From Eledone cirrhosa (Eukaryota), in contig OZ024757.1 of assembly GCA_964016885.1 (NCBI GenBank), positions 806,001-870,000 on the forward strand: a stretch of 64,000 nt of DNA, given 5' to 3'. This document shows, one piece after another, positions 27,571 through 41,789 of this stretch. Every line of letters starts with the position of its first letter. The first letter of the stretch is position 1. Made by a program: the position numbers and the translations under genes. Under the pieces are notes generated by a model that did no database searches, was not told the origin of the DNA, and saw only the letters and a list, made by a program, of their open reading frames with translations.

Positions 27571-30500
27571 CCTAATGTCACTATCTCACCCTAGTAGCCA
27601 CTGTCTTCACCCCAATGTCACTATCCCACCCTGCCAGCTACTGTCTTTACCCCAATATCAGTATCTCACTCTAGTAGCTACTGTCTTCACCCCAATGTCA
27701 CTATCTCACTCTAGTAGCTACTGTCTCCACCCTAATGTCACTATCTCACACTACTAGCTATTGTCTCCACCCCAATGTCACTATCTCACCCTAGTAACTA
27801 CTGTCTCCACCCCAATGTCACTATCTTAACCTTGTATCTACTGACGTCACCCCAATGTCACTATATCACCCAGTAGTCTCTGTCTTTACTCCAATGTCAC
27901 TATCTCACCCAGTAGCCTCTGTCTTCACCTCAATGTCACTATCTGACCCTACTTGTTACTGTCTTCACCCTAATGTCCATCTCACACTTGTATCAACTGT
28001 CTTCACCCCAATGTCACTATCTCACTCTAGTAGCCTCAGTCTTCACCCCAATGTCACTATCTCACCCTACTAGCTACTGTCTTCACCCTAATAGCTACTG
28101 TCTCCACCCCAATGTCATTATCTCACCCTAGTAGCTATTGTCTCCACCTCAATGTCACTATCTCACCCTAGTAGCTACTGTCTTCACACCAATGTCACTA
28201 TCTCACCCTAGTAGCTACTGTCTTCACCCAATGTAACTATCTCACCCTAGTAGCTACTGTCTTCACCCTAATGTCACTATCTTTCCCTAGTAGCTTCTGT
28301 CTTTACTCCAACGTCACTATCTCACCCTAGTAGCTACTGTCTTCACCCTAATGTCACTATCTCACCCTAGTAGCCACTGTCTTCACCCTAATGTCACCAT
28401 CTCACCCTAGTATCTACTGTCTTCACCCCAATGTCACTATCTCACCTTAATAACTATTGTCTCCACCCAAATGTCACTATCTCACCCTAGTAGCTACTCT
28501 CTTCTACCCAATATCACTATCTCACCATGCCAGCTACTGTCTTTACCCCAATATCAGTATCTCACTCTAGTAGCTACTGTCTTCACTCCAATGTTACTAT
28601 CTCACCCTAGTAGCTACTGTCTTCACCCCAATGTCACTATCTCAACCTAGTAGGTACTGTCTCCACTCCAATATCACTAGCTGAACCTAGTAGCTACTGT
28701 CTCCACTCCAATGTCACTATCTCACCCTAGTAGCAACTGTCTTCACCCCAATGTCACTATCTCACCCTAGTAGCTACTGTCACCACTCCAATGTCACTAT
28801 CTGACCATAGTAGCTACTGTCTCCACCCTAATGTCACTATCTCAACCTCGTAGCCACTGTCTTCACCCTAATGTCACTATCTCACACTAGTATCTACTGT
28901 CTTCACCCCAATGTCACTATCTCACCCTAATAGCTATTGTCTCCACCCAAATGTAACTATCTCACCCTAGTAGCTACTCTCTTCACCCCAATGTCAAAAT
29001 CTCACCCTGCCAGCTACTGTCTTTACCCCAATATCAGTATCTCACTCTAGTAGCTACTGTCTTCACCCCAATGTCACTATCTCACGCTAGTAGCTACTGT
29101 CTCCACCCTAATGTCACTATCTCATACTAGTAGCTATTGTCTCCACCCCAATGTCACTATCTCACCCTAGTAACTACTGTCTCCACCCCAATGTCACTAT
29201 CTCAACCTTGTATCTACTGACGTCACCCCAATGTCACTATCTCACCCAGTAGTCTCTGTCTTCACCCCAATGTCACTATCTCACCCAGTAGCCTCTGTCT
29301 TCACCTCAATGTCACTATCTCACCCTACTAGTTACTGTCTTCACCCTAATGTCCATCTCACACTTGTATCTACTGTCTTCACCCCAATGTCACTATCTCA
29401 CTCTAGTAGCCTCAGTCTTCACCCCAATGTCACTATCTCACCCTACTAGCTACTGTCTTCACCCTAGTAGCTACTCTCTCCACTCCAATGTCACTATCTG
29501 ACCCTAGTAGCTACTGTCTCCACCCTAATGTCACTATCTCACCCTAGTAGCCACTGTCTTCACCCTAATGTCACCATCTCACCCTAGTATCTACTGTCTT
29601 CACCCCAATGTCACTATCTCACCTTAATAACTATTGTCTCCACCCAAATGTCACTATCTCACCCTAGTAGCTACTCTCTTCCCCCCAATGTCACTACCTC
29701 ACCCTTCCAGCTACTGTCTTTACCCCAATATCAGTATATCACTCTAGTAGCTACTGTCTTCACCCCAATGTCACTATCTCACCCTAGTAGCTACTGTCTT
29801 CACCCTAATGTCACTATCTCACCCTAGTAGCTACTGTCTTCACCCCAATGTCACTATCTCACCCTAGTAGCTACTGTCTTCACCCTAATGTCACTATCTC
29901 ACCCTATTAGCTACTGTCTTCACCCCAATGTAACTATCTCACCCTAGTAGCTACTGTCTTCACCCTAATGTCACTATCTTTCCCTAGTAGCTTCTGTCTT
30001 TACCCCAATGTCACTATCTCACCCTGCCAGCTACTGTCTGTACCCCAATATCAGTATCTCACTCTAGTAGCTACTGTCTTCACCCCAACGTCACTATCTC
30101 ACCCTAGTAGCTACTGTCTTCACCCTAATGACACTATCTCACCCTAGTAGCCACTGTCTTCACCCTAATGTCACCATCTCACCCTAGTAGCTACTCTCTT
30201 CCCCCCAATGTCACTACCTCACCCTTCCAGCTACTGTCTTTACCCCAATATCAGTATATCACTCTAGTAGCTACTGTCTTCACCCCAATGTCACTATCTC
30301 ACCCTAGTAGCTTCTGTCTTTACCCCAATGTCACTATCTCACCCTGCCAGCTACTGTCTGTACCCCAATATCAGTATCTCACTCTAGTAGCTACTGTCTT
30401 CACCCCAACGTCACTATCTCACCCTAGTAGCTACTGTCTTCACCCTAATGACACTATCTCACCCTAGTAGCCACTGTCTTCACCCTAATGTCACCATCTC

Positions 30501-31617
30501 ACCCTAGTAGCTACTCTCTTCACCCCAATATCACTATCTCACCCTGCCAGCTACTGTCTTTACCCCAATATCAGTATCTCACTCTAGTAGCTACTGTCTT
30601 AACCCCAATGTCACTATCTCACCCTAGTAGCTACTGTCTTCACCCTAATGTCACTATCTCACCCTAGTAGCTACTGTCTTCACCCCAATGTCACTATCTC
30701 AACCTAGTAGGTACTGTCTCCACTCCAATATCACTAGCTGACCCTAGTAGCTACTGTCTCCACTCCAATGTCACTATCTCACCCTAGTAGCTACTGTCTT
30801 TACCCCAATGTCACTATCTCACCCTGGTAGCTACTGTCTTCACCCTAATGTCACCATCTCACCCTAGTAGCAACTGTCATCACCCCAATGTCACTATCTC
30901 ACCCTAGTAGCTACTGTCACCACTCCAATGTCACTATCTTACCCTAGTAGCTACTGTCTCCACCCTAATGTCACTATCTCACCCTCGTAGCCACTGTCTT
31001 CACCCTAATGTCACTATCTCACACTAGTATCTACTGTCTTCACCCCAATGTCACTATCTCACCCTAAAAGCTATTGTCTCCACCCAAATGTCACTATCTC
31101 ACCCTAGTAGCTACTCTCTTCACCCCAATGTCAAAATCTCACCCTGCCAGCTAATGTCTTTACCCCAATATCAGTATCTCACTCTAGTAGCTACTGTCTT
31201 CACCCCAATATCACTATCTCACGCTAGTAGCTACTGTCTCCACCCCAATGTCACTATCTCACCCTAGTCACTACTGTCTCCACCCCAATGTCACTATCTC
31301 AACCTTGTATCTACTGACGTCACCCCAATGTCACTATCTCACCCAGTAGTCTCTGTCTTCACCCCAATGTCACTATCTCACCCAGTAGCCTCTGTCTTCA
31401 CCTCAATGTCACTATCTCACCCTACTAGTTACTGTCTTCACCCTAATGTCCATCTCACACTTGTATCTACTGTCTTCACCCCAATGTCACTATCTCACTC
31501 TAGTAGCCTCAGTCTTCACCCCAATGTCACTATCTCACCCTACTAGCTACTGTCTTCACGCTAGTAGCTACTCTCTCCACTCCAATGTCACTATCTCACC
31601 CTAGTAGCTACTCTCTT

Positions 31618-31629
31618 CCCCCCCCCCCC
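31618..31629 (+). repeat. C12 homopolymer inside a monomer
   Basis: Read directly: ctctctt-C12-aatg replaces the consensus cacccc. Confidence 0.9.
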
Positions 31630-31950
31630 AATGTCACTATCTCACATCTCACCCTTCCAGCTACTGTCTTTACCCCAATATCAGTATCTCACTCTAGTAG
31701 CTACTGTCTTCACCCCAATGTCACTATCTCACCCTAGTAGCTACTGTCTTCACCCTAATGTCACTATCTCACCCTAGTAGCTACTGTCTTCACCCCAATG
31801 TCACTATCTCACCCTAGTAGCTACTGTCTCCACTCCAAAGTCACTATCTGACCCTAGTAGCCACTGTCTTCACCCTAATGTCACTATCTCACCCTAGTAG
31901 CCACTGTCTTCACCCTAATGTCACTATCTCACCCTAGTAGCTACTCTCTT

Positions 31951-31960
31951 CCCCCCCCCC
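31951..31960 (+). repeat. C10 homopolymer inside a monomer
   Basis: Read directly: ctctctt-C10-aatg. Confidence 0.9.
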
Positions 31961-34900
31961 AATGTCACTATCTCACCCTTCCAGCTACTGTCTTTACCCC
32001 AATATCAGTATCTCACTCTAGTAGCTACTGTCTTCACCCCAATGTCACTATCTCACCCTAGTAGCTACTGTCTTCACCCTAATGTCACTATCTCACCCTA
32101 GTAGCTACTGTCTTCACCCCAATGTCACTATCTCACCCTAGTAGCTACTGTCTCCACCCTAATGTCACTATCTCACCCTAGTAGCCACTGTCTTCACCCT
32201 AATGTCACTATCTCAAGCTACTATCTACTCTCTTCACCCCAATGTCACTATCTCACCCTGCCAGCTACTGTCTTTACCCCAATATCAGTATCTCACTCTA
32301 GTAGCTACTGTCTTCACCCCAATGTCACTATCTCACTCTAGTAGCTACTGTCTCCACCCTAATGTCACTATCTCACACTAGTAGCTATTGTCTCCACCCC
32401 AATGTCACTATCTCACCCTAGTAACTACTGTCTCCACCCCAATGTCACTATCTCAACCTTGTATCTACTGACGTCACCCCAATGTAAGTATATCACCCAG
32501 TAGTCTCTGTCTTCACCCCAATGTCACTATCTCACCCAGTAGCCTCTGTCTTCACCTCAATGTCACTATCTGACCCTACTTGTTACTGTCTTCACCCTAA
32601 TGTCCATCTCACACTTGTATCAACTGTCTTCACCCCAATGTCACTATCTCACTCTAGTAGCCTCAGTCTTCACCCCAATGTCACTATCTCACCCTACTAG
32701 CTACTGTCTTCACCCTAATAGCTACTGTCTCCACCCCAATGTCATTATCTCACCCTAGTAGCTATTGTCTCCACCTCAATGTCACTATCTCACCCTAGTA
32801 GCTACTGTCTTCACCCTAATGTCACTATCTCACCCTATTAGCTACTGTCTTCACCCCAATGTAACTATCTCACCCTAGTAGCTACTGTCTTCACCCTAAT
32901 GTCACTATCTTTCCCTAGTAGCTTCTGTCTTTACCCCAATGTCACTATCTCACCCTGCCAGCTACTGTCTGTACCCCAATATCAGTATCTCACTCTAGTA
33001 GCTACTGTCTTCACCCCAACGTCACTATCTCACCCTAGTAGCTACTGTCTTCACCCTAATGTCACTATCTCACCCTAGTAGCTACTGTCTTCACCCCTAT
33101 GTCACTATCTCACCCTAGTAGATATTGTCTCCACCTCAATGTCAATATCTCACCCTAGTAGCTACTGTCTTCACCCCAATTTCAGTATCTCACCCTAGTA
33201 GCTACTGTCTTTACCCCAATGTCACTATCTCACCCTATTAGCTACTGTCTCCGCCCCAATGTCACTATCTCACCCTAGTAACTACTCTCTCCACCCCAAT
33301 GTCACTATCTCAACCTTGTATCTACTGACGTCACCCCAATGTCACTATCTCACGCAGTAGTCTCTGTCTTCACCCCAATGTCACTATCTCACCCAATAGC
33401 CTCTGTCTTCACCTCAATGTCACTATCTCACCCTACTCGTTACTGTCTTCACCCTAATTTCCATCTCACACTTGTATCTACTGTCTTAACCCCAATGTCA
33501 CTATCTCACTCTAGTAGCCTCAGTCTTCACCCCAATGTCACTATCTCACCCTACTAGCTACTGTCTTCACCCTAATAGCTACTGTCTTCACCCCAATGTC
33601 ACTATCTCATCCTAGTAGCTACTGTCTCCACTCCAATGTCACTATCTGACCCTAGTAGCTACTGTCTCCACCCTAATGTGACTATCTTACCCTAGTAGCC
33701 ACTGTCTTCACCCTAATGTCACCATCTCACCCTAGTATCTACTGTCTTCACCCCAATGTCACTATCTCACCTTAATAACTATTGTCTCCACCCAAATGTC
33801 ACTATCTCACCCTAGTAGCTACCCTCTTCACCTCAGTGTCACTATCTCACCCTGGCAGCTACTGTCTTTACCCCAATATCAGTATCTCACTCTAGTAGCT
33901 ACTGTCTTCACCCCAATGTCACTATCTCACCCTAGTAGCTACTGTCTTCACCCTAATGTCACTATCTCACCCTAGTAGCTACTGTCTTCACCCCAATGTC
34001 ACTATCTCAACCTAGTAGGTACTGTCTCCACTCCAATATCACTAGCTGACCCTAGTAGCTACTGTCTCCACTCCAATGTCACTATCTCACCCTAGTAGCT
34101 ACTGTCTTCACCCCAATGTCACTATCTCAGCCTAGTAGCTACTGTCTTCACCCTAATGTCACTATCTCACCCTAGTAGCAACTGTCTTTACCCCAATGTC
34201 ACTATCTCACCCTAGTAGCAACTGTCTTCACCCCAATGTCACTATCTGACCCTAGTAGCTACTGTCTCCACCCTAATGTCACTATCTCACCCTAGTAGCC
34301 ACTGTCTTCACCCTAATGTCACTATCTCACACTAGTATCTACTGTCTTCACCCCAATGTCACTATCTCACCCTAATAGCTATTGTCTCCACCCAAATGTC
34401 ACTATCTCACCCTAGTAGCTACTCTCTTCACCCCAATGTCAATATCTCACCCTGCCAGCTACTGTCTTTACCCCAATATCAGTATCTCACTCTAGTAGCT
34501 ACTGTCTTCACCCCAATGTCACTATCTCACTCTAGTAGCTACTGTCTCCACCCTAATGTCACTATCACACACTAGTAGCTATTGTCTCCATCCCAATGTC
34601 ACTATCTCACCCTAGTAACTACTGTCTCCAACCCAATGTCACTATCTCAACCTTGTATCTACTGACGTCACCCCAATGTCACTATCTCACCCAGTAGTCT
34701 CTGTCTTCACCCCAATGTCACTATCTCACCCAGTAGCCTCTGTCTTCACCTCAATGTCACTATCTCACCCTACTAGTTACTGTCTTCACCCTAATGTCCA
34801 TCTCACACTTGTATCTACTGTCTTCACCCCAATGTCACTATCTCACTCTAGTAGCCTCAGTCTTCACCCCAATGTCACTATCTCACCCTACTAGCTACTG

Positions 34901-35900
34901 TCTTCACCCTAGTAGCTACTGTCTCCACTCCAATGTCACTATCTGACCCTAGTAGCTACTGTCTCCACCCTAATGTCACTATCTCACCCTAGTAGCCACT
35001 GTCTTCACCCCAATGTCACTATCTCACCCTAGTAGCTACTGTCTTCACCCCAATGTCAATATCTCACCCTAGTAGCTACTGTCTCCACTCCAAAGTCACT
35101 ATCTGACCCTAGTAGCCACTGTCTTCACCCTAATGTCACCATCTCACCCTAGTATCTACTGTCTTCACCCCAATGTCACTATCTCACCTTAATAACTATT
35201 GTCTCCACCCAAATGTCACTATCTCACCCTAGTAGCTACTCTCTTCCCCCCAATGTCACTATCTCACCCTTCCAGCTACTGTCTTTACCCCAATATCAGT
35301 ATCTCACTCTAGTAGCTACTGTCTTCACCCTAATGTCACTATCTCACCCTAGTAGCCACTGTCTTCACCCTAATGTCACTATCTCACCCTTCTATCTACT
35401 CTCTTCACCCCAATGTCACTATCTCACCCTGCCAGCTACTGTCTTTACCCCAATATCAGTATCTCACTCTAGTAGCTACTGTCTCCACCCTAATGTCACT
35501 ATCTCACACTAGTAACTACTGTCTCCACCCCAATGTCACTATCTCAACCTTGTATCTACTGACGTCACTCCAATGTCACTATATCACCCAGTAGTCTCTG
35601 TCTTCACCCCAATGTCACTATCTCACCCAGTAGCCTCTGTCTTCACCTCAATGTCACTATCTGACCCTACTAGTTACTGTCTACACCCTAATGTCCATCT
35701 CACACTTGTATCTACTGTCTTCACCCCAATGTCACTATCTCACTCTAGTAGCCTCAGTCTTCACCCCAATGTCACTATCTCACCCTACTAGCTACTGTCT
35801 TCACCCTAATAGCTACTGTCTCCACCCCAATGTCATTATCTCACCCTAGTAGCTATTGTCTCCACCTCATGTCACTATCTCACCCTAGTAGCCACTGTCT

Positions 35901-38860
35901 TCACCCTAATGTCACTATCTCACCCTAGTAGCCACCGTCTTCACCCTAATGTCATTATCTCACCCTAGTAGCTAATGTCTTCACCCCAATGTCACTATCT
36001 CACCCTAGTAGCTACTGTCTTCACCCTAATGTCATTATCTCACCCTATTAGCTACTGTCTTCACCCCAATGTAACTATCTCACCCTAGTAGCTACTGTCT
36101 TCACCCTAATGTCACTATCTTACCCTAGTAGCTTCTGTCTTTACCCCAATGTCACTATCTCACACTGCCAGCTACTGTCTGTACCCCAATATCAGTATCT
36201 CACTCTAGTAGCTACTGTCTTCACCCCAATGTCACTATCTCACCCTAGTAGCTACTGTCTTCAACCTAATGTCACTATCTCACCCTAGTAGCTACTGTCT
36301 TTACCCCAATGTCACTATCTCACCCTAGTAGCTACTGTCTTCACCCTCATGTCACTATCTCATCCTAGTAGCTACTGTCGTCACCCCAATGTCACTATCT
36401 CACCCTAGTAGCTACTGTCTTTACCCCAATGTCACTATCTCACCCTATTAGCTACTGTCTTCACCCCAATGTAACTATCTCACCCTAGTAGCTACTGTCT
36501 TCACCCTAATGTTACTATCTTACCCTATTAGCTACTGTCTTCACCCCAATGTCACTATCTCACCCTAGTAGCTACTGTCTTCACCCTAATGTCACTATCT
36601 CACCCTAGTAGCTACTGTCTTTACCCCAATGTCACTATCTCACCCTAGTAGCTACTGTCTTCACCCTAATGTCACTATCTCACCCTAGTAGCTACTGTCT
36701 TCACCCCAATGTCACAATCTCACCCTAGTAGCTACTGTCTCCACTCCAATGTCACTATCTGACCCTAGTAGCTACTGTCTCCACCCTAATGTCACTATCT
36801 CACCCTAGTAGCCACTGTCTTCACCCTAATTTCAATATCTCACCCTAGTATCTACTGTCTTCACTCGAATGTCACAATCTCACACTAATAGCTATTGTCT
36901 CCAGCCGAATGTCACTATCTCACCCTAGTAGCTACTCTCTTCACCCCAATGTCAATATCTCACCCTGCCAGCTACTGTCTTTACCCCAATATCAGTATCT
37001 CACTCTATTAGCTACTGTCTTCACCCCAATGCCACTATCTCACTCTTGTAGCTACTGTCTCCACCCTAATGTCACTATCTCACACTAATAGCTATTGTCT
37101 CCACCCCAATGTCACTATCTCACTCTAGTAACTACTGTCTCCACCCTAATGTCACTATCTCACCCTAGTAGCCACTGTCTTCACCCTAATGTCACCATCT
37201 CACCCTAGTATCTACTGTCTTCACCCCAATGTCACTATCTCACCTTAATAACTATTGTCTCCACCCAAATGTCACTATCTCACCCTAGTAGCTACTCTCT
37301 TCACCCCAATGTCACTATCTCACCCTGCCAGCTACTGTCTTTACCCCAATATCAGTATCTCACTCTAGTAGCTACTGTCTTCACCCTAATGTCACTATCT
37401 CACCCTAGTAGCCACCGTCTTCACCCTAATGTCATTATCTCACCCTAGTAGCTAATGTCTTCACCCCAATGTCACTATCTCACCCTAGTAGCTACTGTCT
37501 TCACCCTAATGTCATTATCTCACCCTATTAGCTACTGTCTTCACCCCAATGTAACTATCTCACCCTAGTAGCTACTGTCTTCACCCTAATGTCACTATCT
37601 TACCCTAGTAGCTTCTGTCTTTACCCCAATGTCACTATCTCACACTGCCAGCTACTGTCTGTACCCCAATATCAGTATCTCACTCTAGTAGCTACTGTCT
37701 TCACCCCAATGTCACTATCTCACCCTAGTAGCTACTGTCTTCAACCTAATGTCACTATCTCACCCTAGTAGCTACTGTCTTTACCCCAATGTCACTATCT
37801 CACCCTAGTAGCTACTGTCTTCACCCTCATGTCACTATCTCATCCTAGTAGCTACTGTCGTCACCCCAATGTCACTATCTCACCCTAGTAGCTACTGTCT
37901 TTACCCCAATGTCACTATCTCACCCTATTAGCTACTGTCTTCACCCCAATGTAACTATCTCACCCTAGTAGCTACTGTCTTCACCCTAATGTTACTATCT
38001 TACCCTATTAGCTACTGTCTTCACCCCAATGTCACTATCTGACCCTAGTAGCTACTGTCTTCACCCTAATGTCACTATCTCACCCTAGTAGCTACTGTCT
38101 TTACCCCAATGTCACTATCTCACCCTAGTAGCTACTGTCTTCACCCTAATGTCACTATCTCACCCTAGTAGCTACTGTCTTCACCCCAATGTCACAATCT
38201 CACCCTAGTAGCTACTGTCTCCACTCCAATGTCACTATCTGACCCTAGTAGCTACTGTCTCCACCCTAATGTCACTATCTCACCCTAGTAGCCACTGTCT
38301 TCACCCTAATTTCAATATCTCACCCTAGTATCTACTGTCTTCACTCGAATGTCACAATCTCACACTAATAGCTATTGTCTCCAGCCGAATGTCACTATCT
38401 CACCCTAGTAGCTACTCTCTTCACCCCAATGTCAATATCTCACCCTGCCAGCTACTGTCTTTACCCCAATATCAGTATCTCACTCTATTAGCTACTGTCT
38501 TCACCCCAATGTCACTATCTCACTCTTGTAGCTACTGTCTCCACCCTAATGTCACTATCTCACACTAATAGCTATTGTCTCCACCCCAATGTCACTATCT
38601 CACTCTAGTAACTACTGTCTCCACCCTAATGTCACTATCTCACCCTAGTAGCCACTGTCTTCACCCTAATGTCACCATCTCACCCTAGTATCTACTGTCT
38701 TCACCCCAATGTCACTATCTCACCTTAATAACTATTGTCTCCACCCAAATGTCACTATCTCACCCTAGTAGCTACTCTCTTCACCCCAATGTCACTATCT
38801 CACCCTGCCAGCTACTGTCTTTACCCCAATATCAGTATCTCACTCTAGTAGCTACTGTCT
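35901..38860. repeat. Near-perfect 1480-bp (37-monomer) tandem duplication
   Basis: gccaccgtct at 35931/37411 and ccagccgaat at 36901/38381. I spotted only two differences (36561/38041 and 37032/38512). Confidence 0.95.
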
Positions 38861-41789
38861 TCACCCCAATGTCACTATCTCACTCTAGTAGCTACTGTCT
38901 CCACCCTAATGTCACTATCTCACACTATTAGCTATTGTCTCCACCCCAATGTCACTATCTCACCCAGTAGCCTCTGTCTTCACTTCAATGTCACTATCTC
39001 ACCCTACTAGTTACTGTCTTCACCCTAATGTCCATCTCACACTTGTATCTACTGTCTTCACCCCAATGTCACTATCTCACTCTAGTAGCCTCAGTCTTCA
39101 CCCCAATGTCACTATCTCACCCTACTAGCTACTGTCTTCACCCTAATAGCTACTGTCTCCACCCCAATGTCATTATCTCACCCTATTAGCTATTGTCTCC
39201 ACCTCAATGTCACTATCTCACGCTAGTAGCTACTGTCTTCACCCCAATGTCACTATCTCACCCTAGTAGCTACTGTCTTCACCCTAATGTCACTATCTCA
39301 ACCTATTAGCTACTGTCTTCACCCCAATGTAACTAGCTCACCCTAGTAACTACTGTCTTCACCCTAATGTCACTATCTTACCCTAGTAGCTTCTGTCTTT
39401 ACCCCAATGTCACTATCTCACCCTGCCAGCTACTGTCTTTACCCCAATATCAGTATCTCACTCTAGGAGCTACTGTCTTCACCCCAATGTGACTATCTCA
39501 CCCTAGTAGCTACTGTCTTCACCCTAATGTCACTATCTCACCCTAGTAGCTACTGTCTTCACCCCAATGTCACTATCTCACCCTAGTAGCTCTGTCTTCA
39601 ACGCAAAGTCATTATCTCACCCTAGTAGCTACTGACTTCACCCTAATTTCGCTATCTCACCCTAGTATCTACTGTCTTTACCCCAATGTCACTATCTCAC
39701 CCTAGTGGCTACTGTCTTTACCCCAATGTCACTATCTCACCCTGCCAGCTACTGTCTTTACCCCAATATCAGTATCTCACTCTAGTAGCTACTGTCTTCA
39801 CCCCAATGTTACTATCTCACCCTAGTAGCTACTGTCTTCACCCCAATGTCACTATCTCACCTTAGTAGCTACTGTCTCCACTCCAATGTCACTAGCTGAC
39901 CCTAGTAGCTACTGTCTCCACTCCAATGTCACTATCTCACCCTAGTAGCTACTGTCTTCACCCAAATGTCACTATCTCACCCTAGTAGCTACTGTCTTCA
40001 CCCTAATGTCACTATCTCACCCTAGTAGCTACTGTCTTCACCCCAATGTCACTATCTCACCCTAGTAGGTACTGTCTCCACTCCAATATCACTAGCTGAC
40101 CCTAGTAGCTACTGTCTCCACTCCAATGTCACTATCTCACCCTAGTAGCTACTGTCTTTACCCCAATGTCACTATCTCACCCTAGTAGCTACTGTCTTCA
40201 CCCTAATGTCACTATCTCACCCTAGTAGACACTGTCTTCACCCTAATGTCACTATCTCACCCTAGTATCTACTGTCTTCACCCCAATGTCACTATCTCAC
40301 CCTAATAGCTATTCTCTCCACCCCAATGTCACTATCTCACCCTAGTAGCTACTGTCTTCACCCCAATGTCACTATCTCACCCTAGTAGCTCTGTCTTCAA
40401 CGCAAAGTCACTATCTCACCCTAGTAGTTACTGACTTCACCCTAATTTCGCTATCTCACCCTAGTATCTACTGTCTTTACCCCAATGTCACTATCTCACC
40501 CTAGTAGCTACTGTCTTTACCCCAATGTCACTATCTCACCCTGCCAGCTACTGTATTTACCCCAATGTCAGTATCTTACTCTAGTAGCTACTGTCTTCAC
40601 CGTAGTAGCTATTGTCTCCACCCCAATGTCACTATCTCACCCTAGTAGCTACTGTCTTCACCCTAATGTCACTATCTCATCCTAGTAGCTACTGTCTTCA
40701 CCCCAATGTCACTATCTCACCCTAGTAGCTACTGTCTTCACCCTAATGTCACTATCTTACCCTTGTAGCTACTGTCTTTACTCCAATGTCACTATCTCAC
40801 CCTGCCAGCTACTGTCTTTACCCCAATATCAGTATCTCACTCTAGTAGCTACTGTCTTCACCCAATGTCACTATCTCACCCTAGTAGCTACTGTCTTCAC
40901 CCTAATGTCACTATCTCACCCTAGTAGCTACTGTCTTCACCCCAATGTCACTATCTCACCTTAGTAGCTACTGTCTCCACTCAAATGTCACTAGCTGACC
41001 CTAGTAGCTACTGTCTCCACTCCAATGTCACTATCTCACCCTAGTAGCTACTGTCTTCACCCTAATGTCACTATCTCATCCTAGTAGCTACTGTCTCCAC
41101 TCCAATGTCACTATCTCACCCTAGTAGCTACTGTCTTCACCCCAATGTCACTATCTCACCCTAGTAGCTACTCTCTTCACCCCAATGTCACTATCTCACC
41201 CTGCCAGCTACTGTCTTTACCCCAATATCAGTATCTCACTCTAGTAGCTACTGTCTCCACCCCAATGTCACTATCTCACCCAGTAGCCTCTGTCTTCACC
41301 TCAATGTCACTATCTCACCCTACTAGTTACTGTCTTCACCCTAATGTCCATCTCACACTTGTATCTACTGTCTTCACCCCAATGTCACTATCTCACTCTA
41401 GTAGCCTCAGTCTTCACCCCAATGTCACTATCTCACCCTACTAGCTACTGTCTTCACCCTAATAGCTACTGTCTCCACCCCAATGTCATTATCTCACCCT
41501 AGTAGCTATTGTCTCCACCTCAATGTCACTATCTCACCCTAGTAGCTACTGTCTTCACCCCAATGTCACTATCTCACCCTAGTAGCTACTGTCTTCACCC
41601 TAATGTCACTATCTCACCCTATTAGCTACTGTCTTCACCCCAATGTATCTAGCTCACCCTAGTAACTACTGTCTCAACCCTAATGTCACTATCTTACCCT
41701 AGTAGCTTCTGTCTTTACCCCAATGTCACTATCTCACCCTGCCAGCTACTGTCTTTACCCCAATATCAGTATCTCACTCTAGGAGCTAC

